Origin: Antechinus flavipes
Taxonomy: Eukaryota
Direction: 5' to 3'
Assembly (NCBI RefSeq): GCF_016432865.1
Contig: NC_067400.1
Span: 73,656,001-73,720,000 of the forward strand
Length of the DNA: 64,000 nt
The notes beneath the pieces were generated by a model that was not told the origin of the DNA, did not search any database, and saw only the letters and a list, made by a program, of their open reading frames with translations. Shown in pieces: positions 53,477 through 64,000 of this stretch. Positions within the stretch are counted from its first letter, which is position 1. Each line of letters opens with the position of its first letter. Both the position numbers and the translations under genes were made by a program.

Positions 53477-54261
53477 CTGAAAATGAGGAAGAAGAGTTTT
53501 AAAAGTTGACCAACCATCACAGAAAAGACAACTCTAAGAGTTTTTTTAGGTGACATGAATAAAATTTGGAGGGAGGAAGGGTAGAGGTAAAATTAAAATT
53601 GACTATGATTCAACAATAATATTCCTTTACCTTTTTATAATTTTAAAAAGACTCAAACTTGAAGAACTTTTGCCAACCTCCTAAGAAAAAATATTTTTCT
53701 ATCTTCTGAAAACAACTATTTCTAGATAAGACTGATTAAAAATGCCTTGACAAACAAAACATATTTATTCAGTTTTAAATTCTTTGTCACTTTCCTTAAA
53801 CAAAGATCCTTTATACTAGGAAAAATACTCCTGGAAGACTTTTTATGATTTCTAACAGCTAGAAATCCAAATGTTTCACTGGTTTCAAGATATTAAAAGA
53901 AACAAAGGAAAGTTTCCTTGAGTAGATTCTATATTGAAGATTTACAGAGTCACAAAATACAATAAGGTATGGGGTGCTAAGAACTGCTCATTTGGAGAAA
54001 GTACCCACACTAAAAACATCATATATTATATCCACTTATATATCTATTTATATAAGTAAGGGATAATAATGGTAATTAATAACAGATAACTTTAAATTTT
54101 GAAGAGCATCTTATATATACTACCTTATTTGATTCACAAAACTACTTATTATCCCCATTTTATATATGAGAAAAGAGGTTAAGAAATCACATTCAGACTT
54201 AAATCAGGATTTGAATTCAGATCTTCCTTATACTAAGTCCATAATTCAATCTACCTTTTAT

Positions 54262-54395
54262 NNNNNNNNNNNNNNNNNNNNNNNNNNNNNNNNNNNNNNN
54301 NNNNNNNNNNNNNNNNNNNNNNNNNNNNNNNNNNNNNNNNNNNNNNNNNNNNNNNNNNNNNNNNNNNNNNNNNNNNNNNNNNNNNNNNNNNNNNN
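54262..54395. other. Assembly gap (134 N) in intron 15
   Basis: Run of N. Confidence 0.99.
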
Positions 54396-55305
54396 TTTAT
54401 TTTTGATGGCTACGCCTTTATTATATATTATTATATACATTATTATATACTGCATTATTATATACAAATGGATATGTGATCATACCCCCTACCTGACTGA
54501 TTTTCATTTTGAGGAAATGAGACATAGCTAACACTGTTTTTAAAATAAAGAATGGATGACAGCAGCTTCCTGAAATATTCAACACACTACTCTAGAAATA
54601 CTCACTGACAATTTTTCACCCCTAAATATACATGCTATCATTTAATTTTAGGAATATAGAATTCTATTGGTGCTCAGTTTGACTTTGGGAGACTGCCTAC
54701 ATTTATGTTGAAGAAGTTCAATCAAAAACTATCTCCTTCATAATTTGATTGGACTCAGAGATCAAGTGGGATTAAGAAATTAGAAGCTATCAGACAAATT
54801 TACAGCAAACAATATTTAACACTGAGTAAAAATGGTGCAGAAAAAAATATAATGTTCATTTAAACAAGCTTATCCATGTGTAACTCACAAAATGAAGTTT
54901 ACTTAATTGCATATAATGACCTATTTTCAAGATCAGTTTTTTTCCAATATAATCATTCAAATGTCACTGACCTTGTGAAATCTGCTGTGCATTCACACAT
55001 ACAGCACAAGTGAGTGATTACTACCTGTCACCTGGCAAGACTGATTTTCAGTCCAAGGAACTTGAGTTCTAATGACACTTGTATCATTGACCTACTGAGT
55101 GACCTGTAATCTGTCACTTAATCTTTGCACTTATTTCTTCATCTGTAAAATGAAGATAATCCCTGTCCCCAGTGATTCTTACATGAAGACTGATGAAAAG
55201 ATATGAGTTTCTTGGAGATCAGATATACATATTATATATGTCTATATAAATGTATGTACATATATATGTATACATGTATGCATTGTACATATACACACAA
55301 GTTCA

Positions 55306-55635
<330 letters not shown>

Positions 55636-57434
55636 TTATCCTCAAGAAGCCATAATAGCCTCTGGTATGATATCCTAAAGAAAACAACACTGTTTAAGTA
55701 GACTAACAAAATTTATGACAACTATTGCTGTCTTCTATACAAATAGACTTATTTAAATGGGAATAATAATACTGTTGCTCACAACAGGAACATTTTAAGC
55801 ATTCAAGTGGTAAGAAAATTGTGAGATCTAAAAATAAATTCTTCCTAAAGAGTCAAATATTAGAACTCTTCTTTCTCACTGCTTCATTTGTGTACTTATT
55901 ATTTTATCATGCAGGGAGGTCTATTAAAAAAAAAAAGGTGCCTCTCCATTGAAAAGCAGTTTCTTTTACAATTTGCTAATAGTAAAAAGACCTTTTTCTG
56001 ATTTCTTTTAGCTGGAAGTCCCAGAATGTATGTATAGTATTGTTTAGGGAGGGCCTATAAAGAACTACAGAACAACTGTTTAACTTCTAGAAAAATTCTA
56101 TAAAACAAAATTTATGCCCTCAAGTTTTAGTTACCATTTATAAATTATTTAGCAAGAGGTACATAAGTTTATCTCCCCCCAAAGTCAAACTCCTCCTTGT
56201 TCCTGTAATTGATTGTTGTAATATTTAATTTGCATATGTACTTTACCTACATTTGCCACTACATAATTAGATAATTTTATTCTGTGCTATGGTTATAATC
56301 AATAAATGACCACACATTAGCACAGTTTGAATAGGAAAGAATCTGTAATCAAAACATCATAAGCTTTAATAAGACCTTGAGATTTCTAATAGTTCATTCT
56401 CACCATTTCAAAGCAAAATGCCTCATTTCCCTCCCTACTATTTTTATCACTACCATCTACTCATCCCTTAAGTGATTGCTTAAAGACAGTCAATAAATTT
56501 GGGTTATAATTTTCTATTATATATGCTTTGCTATATAATTTAGGCCTATCTGGAGATAAATCAACAAGTATTTATTAAGTGCCTGCTACATGTCATGTGC
56601 TGTTCTAGGCCTTGGGGATACAAATACAATGGATCAAATAATCTCAAATCCTAAAAAATTTTTACATTCTAAATTATTTAAGCGTGAGAATTAAAATGGT
56701 AGAGCTAGATTGTATTTATTTATCTGGTCTATTTTATGTCCCCATGCTAGAATATAATCTCCTTGAGAGCAATGACTATTTTGGTTTTGCCTTTATATCC
56801 TAGGGCATATTACCTTGAATATACTAGATACTTAATAATTGGATATTGAACTGATTTGGAATGGATTCAAATAAAATGTCATGTTCAATTATACCTGTAA
56901 GTTCTGAGCAAGCCACTAGGCTTCTCCTGGTTTCAGTTTCTGCAATTTTAAAATGAAGGCTGAACTGAAGGATCTCTATGACTCTGTAAGTCAATGTTTA
57001 TTGTTGAAGCTATAGAGGATACTCAAAGAATAGAAAATCTAGTCTTATACTTAGATTATTTCTTATTCCTCTCCTAAAATTCCCAGGAGTAGCTGTGAGA
57101 ACAAAAAGAAGTGTAAGTAAAGTACTTTCTTCCTTTATACAAAGAAAGGAGCAGTGGGGCTTGAAACAAAGAAAAAGGAACAACTAGAAATCCACTTGCC
57201 TTCCCTAGAGAAGACTCCAGGCATTCAATAGGAAATACCAAACTTCCACATTATCTCAATTTCTTTATGAAATGGACCCAAGAACAGTTATATCCAATAG
57301 AAAATCTTTTTTACGTCTTATACAGAAGGTATCACAAAAATATAAAGTACAATTAATAGTTCAACCTCTAAAAAATATACATTAATATAGGAGGCAAATT
57401 CCTCTTGGAACCATAGTAGCTACAAAAAACTTAC

Positions 57435-57624
57435 CACAGTTAAGAGCTGTCTGACCACCCATACCCAGAATCAACCCATCTGGTCTTTCAGCTTTTATAA
57501 CCTCTGTAACAAACTGGGGAGTGATAGGAAGAAAGTAGACAGCATCAGCTTGCTTTAAGCCCACTTCATTGGTCTGGACAGAAGCAATGTTGGGATTCAT
57601 CAAGACAGTTTTCACATTTTCCTC
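57435..57624 (-). CDS. CPS1: CPS1 exon 14 (190 nt; [18 protein letters not shown]...[10 protein letters not shown])
   Basis: cag|GAG acceptor, G|gtaagt donor; overlaps ORF 57382..57615; GGQTALN motif. Confidence 0.98.
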
Positions 57625-59281
57625 CTGAAAAAATTTTTAAAAGTTAAATTATAACTCTGAGTACTGTTCCTTCCTTTCATATTTTCAACTCCAAAATTGC
57701 CAAAGTCCAAAACAAAACAGAATGAGGTAGAAAATGGAGCTAAGCCCAACAGCTAGGCTACTTGCCTTTCCACTGTTTGGTAAACAAAACAACAATGTAT
57801 GTATTTTAAATGAAAGCTGATGTGCTCTCTTTTTTGCCTGAGGCACTAGGAATCTATTTGTAGTTGACCATTTTTTTCCTAGGCTTTCATCCCTGCTGGT
57901 AGTGCTATAAGAAAGAACATTATACAATGTGTATTCTGTACACATTATCCAGGAAGAGAATGACCATATGGTTTAAAAGTACATACATACATGAAGATAT
58001 CCATATTCACTCTCATTCCTAACATCTGGAAAGACCCTCAAGACAATCCTTCACATAGGCAATGAAGTACAACATCGTTCTATGCCAGAATAGAGGGAAC
58101 ACTTAGCAAAGCAAGCATTGTGATTCTCTTTCTTTCACCCACTGTATCTAAATCCTGATTTTTTTTCATCAAAATTTTAAAAAATATATAATGTGCTGAA
58201 AGGAAGGACTGTATATAGTTATAGATTTAGAATTATAATGAAATTTAGAGGTAATATCATTAAACTGTGCATTTTACAGATAAAAAAAACTAAGACCCAA
58301 GTAGACCAACCTAATTTCCCCACTATAAAAAGTTAGTAAGTACTAAAGTCAGAATTAGAATGCATTGTCCTTTGACACCAAACTCAAGATTCATTTCACT
58401 GCACACAATGACTGCCTCATAGTCCACATCTTCAGTCAGTCAACAAGCATGAAGTGCTTACTATATGTTGGAAATTGTGCTAGTCTTTAAGGACACAAGA
58501 CCAGAGACAGTTTCTAATTCCATACCCAACTGCCTATAGAATTTCTACTAATCCTTGAAAGTCCAGTTTATATGCTACTTCTATTTTTTATTATTTTCCC
58601 CAGTACATGATGGTGGGGTGCAAAATCATCATGCATATATATAATTTTGCTGGTACCTATTGGTATCATATGTTATTCAATTCTATGGCTATTTATGTAT
58701 AAGTTCTGCTTTTAGACATGCAAACATCATGAAGGCAAGATTAGGTCTTAGCTAAACTTTATGTATGACTCAGTTTAGCAAAATGCTCTGACCACAATAG
58801 GCTTTTGATATTTGATTGTTGAATTTGCTGACTAGAATGTCATCTCCCAAGATAATAAGGTGAAAATGGCTTATAATTCTTCAATTAAGATATAAAACTT
58901 TATATAGAAAAATATTAATTACCTGGAATATACTATAAGAATATTAACTCATTCTGAAGCCACTGAATATTACAATATCATACTTTGGTTTCCATTGTAA
59001 AAGAAAAGAGAATAGTTCATTAACTTCCTGAGTTTGCTAACTTTATCCTTAACTATCTAACTACTGGAAGAGGTAACTATATTTCAATGAACTTAAAATA
59101 TAATTCAGAAAATTAATATAAAACTGTGAATAATGTCAATAATTAACATTTATATAGTATTTAATATGTGCTCCAAACACTGTGCCAAGTGCTTTACAAT
59201 TATGATCCTCACAACAATTCTGCAAGATACATGCTATTATTATCCTTATTTTGAGGAATGAGGAAATTGATGCAAATTCTA

Positions 59282-59480
59282 AGTTCTGAATCCAAATTTG
59301 ACCTCAAACACCTACCAGATATATGACCAGAGCAAGCCACTTAACTTCTGTTTGCCTTAATCCACTGAAAAAGAAAATGGCAAAACACTTCTTTGCCAAG
59401 AAAACCCCGTGGACATTACAGGCATGCTGTGGTCCACAGGATAACAAAGAGTTGGACACAACTGAAGGACTGAACAATAA
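59282..59480 (+). mobile_element. MAR1-type marsupial SINE
   Basis: ccaaatttgacctcaaacac...gaaaatggcaaaacact.ctttgccaagaaaacccc...aagagttggacacaactgaa. Confidence 0.8.
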
Positions 59481-61722
59481 CTTTCAGACTCCAAATCTTT
59501 TATATAACATTTAGCAGCTTTTATGTGAATTGGAAGAATCTTTGAAAAGACCAATTCAATCATGAAGAGTATAATTGATGGACTTTATTCCACTTCTTTT
59601 CAAGAGATGTTAGATTATAAAAATCTCTATTAAAAAAAATTTAAAGATCAATGGCATACCACCACACTTTATTCTACCTTCCCTAGCCTACTCAACTTTC
59701 CTATAAGTGAAGCTTATTTTCTATGAACTGCTTTACACTAACAAAATGCAAAGGACCAGATCACATTGCCTTGAAATGAATAGTAAAAGATAAGGACCAG
59801 CAAAGTAAATAAGCATTCCAAGGACAAGTTAGCTAAGCATTTGATTGAGGTTGGATATACAATATTGTCCAATGTTTTTCTTAAGTATTGAAGGTACTAA
59901 GGAAAAAGAAGGAAGATAGAGAAAGGGTCTCCCAGGTTCAATCGGAATTCAGTTGATCATTTATCAATAAAATAGCATTATCTTGGTCTCCAAGTCATCC
60001 TCTTGAAAAATATAGTTCTTCAAAGAATAGGGAAAACTTTCAAAATCCGTTTAAGAATAGAAAGATTAAAGATTATATATGACTGCTCTCAGTAAAAGCC
60101 TAAGGAAGTAACTTAATTGTCTTGTCAAGTTGAGTGCCTGTCTCCAAAGCAAGAAGAATCTACTTTGCCTTTGTATCCTCAAGGAGTATGGTATATTTCT
60201 ATAATGGGTAGACAGGAATCAGATTATCCAAAAGCAACTTTTTGGAGAGTAAAGATATAATACCTTCAAAAATGGAACCCTAGTTTTAGATCCTTTTTCT
60301 GAGTGCTGCAGCAATTCTGAAGGGCAATCAGTGGAAGAAAGAAAAGATTTCCTCAACTAATGTTAAAAATGAGATTTATATATATGCAAATATACATACA
60401 GATATATGTGGGTGTAGTATACATTTGTGGATGTGTATATGTATGTACATACAATGTATGTATGTGTATAGGTATGCATTCACACATAAGAACTATCCAA
60501 CTATTATCAAGGCAAAAGTGAAATTTATATTCCCTTTGATATGTTTAATTATGAGCAGATGACAATATTATGTGGCTGACAAGCTACAAATATTAAATAT
60601 ACATAGTTGTATTGATCAGAAATTGGTGCTATAATCAGATAAATGTTACAAGAAAGATAACTTACACCCTCACGATTATTTGGAAACAAGATTATGCAAC
60701 GGCATTTGCAAGTAATGGGAAGTATTCTCTTAGTTCTGTGAAATTTTCTTTTTCTTCTCTTATTTCCACAGAATTTATGAAAAAAAAATTAGAATTTTGC
60801 TACATAGTCACTTTTTTAAAGTTATCAACTAACTTGGACTTCCTTTGGAATCTTTACTCCCCTTGCTAATTCTGAACTTGGTGCTAATTAGAACACCCAG
60901 AGGGGGTGCTTGCTCTCTGTGATCTTTTCTCTGTTAATGACATGCATAATTGTTATTGAGCTGCATGGTAATCAGACATAAACAGCAACAGGTTCATATG
61001 GATGATTATAATTGCTATTACTATCACATAGTCAATCCATGCAATTTGTAGAATCAGCTAGGCAAAGTGGAAAGGGAAATGGGACAGAACAGAAAGCTAT
61101 TCAAAGGTTCTTCATAAGATCCTTGAACCTGTAAAACATAGAAATCCAATGGCTTGGCTTCTTTATTTTTATGGCAAGGAGCACACCCTTCTAAAGAGTT
61201 GTTAAGAGTCAGAATATATCAGCTAATGATTTAAATATTATGAAAGCTTAACCCTTCCTTGTCTGAGAAATGCAGTAAAACTCCTTTTTATCAGATTTCA
61301 GGTTTCTATCCATTTTCTCTATCTTTATCCTAGGCAAGGAAATAAAAGGCCAAATCAAGAAAAATAAAAAGCTGAATCTTTAGTGAATAATACAGAAAAA
61401 TGGAATTTTTCTTAAGAAGAGTACGTACTCATTGTGAATAGTAAACAGAAGCTATAACTATGGCTATTTTTTGCCTTGATTAGCCAGATACAAATTTAGC
61501 ACAAACTAAGTTGGGTCTTCCCATGAGACTCAAATTCCTTAGGGAAAATCCTGTCTCCTCCACTTTCTCCATTGATACTTCTTGAAAAATGTAGAGGATA
61601 TGATGGAATTACATAAATAATATAGTGAAGTGAGGAAACCATTCAATTTCTATGAAAAATCCTTCTTCTGAAGTTCTTCAATTTAAGAAGCTTATGATAT
61701 GAGACATTTAAAGAATAATGGA

Positions 61723-61880
61723 GGGGCAGCTAGGTAATGCAGTGGATAGAGTACCAGCCCTAAAGTCAGGAGGCCCTGAGTTCAAACCTCAAACACTTAA
61801 CACTTCCTAGCTCTGACCGTGGGGCAAGTCAGTTAACTCCAATTGCCTCAGAAAACAAAGAAAAGAAGAAAAAGAAGAAT
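61723..61880 (+). mobile_element. WSINE1-like SINE with A/G-rich tail
   Basis: ggggcagctaggtaatgcagtggatagagtaccagccct..gagttcaaa...ttaactccaattgcctc; no clear TSD. Confidence 0.85.
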
Positions 61881-62080
61881 TTTAGTTCCCATTAAAATTA
61901 ACAATTTATTTTGTATACATAAAGAATCCAAAAGGAAATGTATAGCATGTTTTTTTAGATTCTATCTTAAATATAAAATGCGGAACTAAGAAAACAATTA
62001 TAGATTATTTTGCAACAGTTGTGCTGTCATAAATTTTATGTAAGGAAGCGCTAATCAGACTCATTCAAGTATATAAACTA

Positions 62081-62233
<153 letters not shown>

Positions 62234-63002
62234 TTAGATGCATTTGGAGGATGGTAAACAATGGAAGAGAATCCAGTTATTTTCATTAGTTCAGATTACT
62301 AAACTGAGAAAAATTTTAAATATACATATATATATATATATATATTCATCTCCATCTTCTAATGCATTGTAAACTCAAAAAGTTTACAACATTTCCTTAG
62401 CAAAAAATTAATTTAAAGTGATTTGTATGGTATGCAAATTATTTAAATCCTACTGCTTTTTATACATTTTTATTACATTGATAAAAGAATCATATAGGAA
62501 AAAGAACCATATAGATGATATGTGTTATATTCGTATTGGTTATTTATGGTATTATATTATTACTTATCTATTTGCTTCTTAAAGATAAATATATCTTGTT
62601 ATTAAATTTATGACACTAATAAAGACAAGATATTTTAGCAGAAGTCATTCACCTACCATTCTTCACAATATCTCAATTAAATACATCTCAACTATCTGTA
62701 CTTCTGCTGCTTATTAGGTAGTGTGGAAATGTAAAAAACTCTAAGTGAAACAAAGTCCTACTCTTCATTTAAACTTTTACTTGCATGTAACCACCTAGGT
62801 TGGGATTTTTTTAATGACATTTGATGTTAATATGAAATAAGAAAATTCCAATAAATATCATCTGAAACAAAAAATATTCTTTTGTTGAAATATTTATTAT
62901 GATTTTGCCATTACTTTTCATAGTCTTCATTTCAAAATCATTATTCTGTAATGAAAATCCATACAATAAAAAACAAAAATAAATAAATACATATATACTG
63001 AC

Positions 63003-63101
63003 CTCAACTCTAGAAGCTACAAGTGCAGGCTTGGGTAGAACTGATGTAACAGTAGTCCCTTTCCCCTTCTTTATCAGTGACAAAAAAGAATCAAATAGGT
63101 A
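63003..63101 (-). CDS. CPS1: CPS1 exon 12 (99 nt; [33 protein letters not shown]), end of the glutaminase-like domain and linker
   Basis: cag|TAC acceptor, GAG|gtcagt donor; peptide matches CPS1 389-421. Confidence 0.96.
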
Positions 63102-64000
63102 CTGTGAAATAAAATAAATAAATAGTTAAGAGATTTCAAAATGTTCCTAGGTATGTGATTTTTTTCATATTACATATTTATATATTACCACACGATAGAC
63201 CTCAAAGCTCTACCATCCCACTAAAGACATAGTAAAAATAAGCTTCTCACAATGTATAAACATTCAAGAAAATGTCTTTTGGGTCAATATAGGACTTATT
63301 AATTTCTTCATTTTTTTCTGCTTCTTCAAACTCAAATTTTTGACACAAAGATTTAAATTCTTTCTCTTACCCACTCTGAAATTACTAATAACTACAAAAT
63401 GGTGGAAGGGTGTACAGGAGAATCTCTATAAATGTTTATTTTTAACAATTCTAAGAACTGGAAGGTTTTTTCCTCAAACTTAACCAGAAATTTTACTTCC
63501 AGACATTTATCAGACAGGAAAATTTTCATTCCCAGGGTTTAATTATTAAATATTTGGAAGAACAAAAATATAGACATAGAGGGAATGATCCTAAAACAAT
63601 TTAAGGTGAAATAAATCTACTAGAAGGGCATTTTAAATTTAAAGTTTCATATAATAGTCCATGTTGGATTAGATATGGAAGAACAATAGTTATAATTTAA
63701 GCTCTGCTTTTAGATATGTTAGACAAGCAATGTGATTCAATTTAATTCAACAAACATATGCTATGTTTAAGGCACTAGGGTTACAAAAACAAAAACAACA
63801 ATTACCATCTTCATTTTTCACCTTCTACTGATGAAATGATAAAATAGATTTATAATAAATATTGGGGCAAACATTGATGCTAAGGCCACAAAAGGCAATG
63901 CAAAAGAACTGGTTCATGAAGAAGACAGAGGAGAGTAAAGGGGATATTTTTCAGGCCCTTTCTTTTTTTCACAAAATCTCCCTTCTCAACACAATATTCC

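Overview
AT-rich, CpG-poor vertebrate genomic DNA covering the middle of the carbamoyl-phosphate synthase 1 (CPS1) gene on the minus strand. Fifteen consecutive coding exons are present (12-26 in human numbering, codons 389-1112, 2172 nt). All have GT-AG boundaries, join into one open frame, and have the exon lengths I recall for human CPS1. The gene runs off both ends of the window. The intronic repeats (MAR1 and WSINE1-type SINEs, an RTE-related SINE, marsupial L1 3'UTRs, many MIR/L2/L3 relics, four hAT-Charlie MITEs) indicate a marsupial; the young L1 3' end suggests a dasyurid such as the Tasmanian devil (inference). Two N gaps lie in introns and hide no expected exon. I found no evidence of a new multi-gene biological system. 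The best leads are: a wild-type Ser640 matching a variant I recall as reported in human CPS1 deficiency; two short L1 insertions with perfect target-site duplications and unusual 3' ends; candidate DR1 and GRE sites; and several small patchworks of direct and inverted repeats resembling templated repair scars. Human comparisons and repeat family names are from memory, not database searches; repeat boundaries are approximate.
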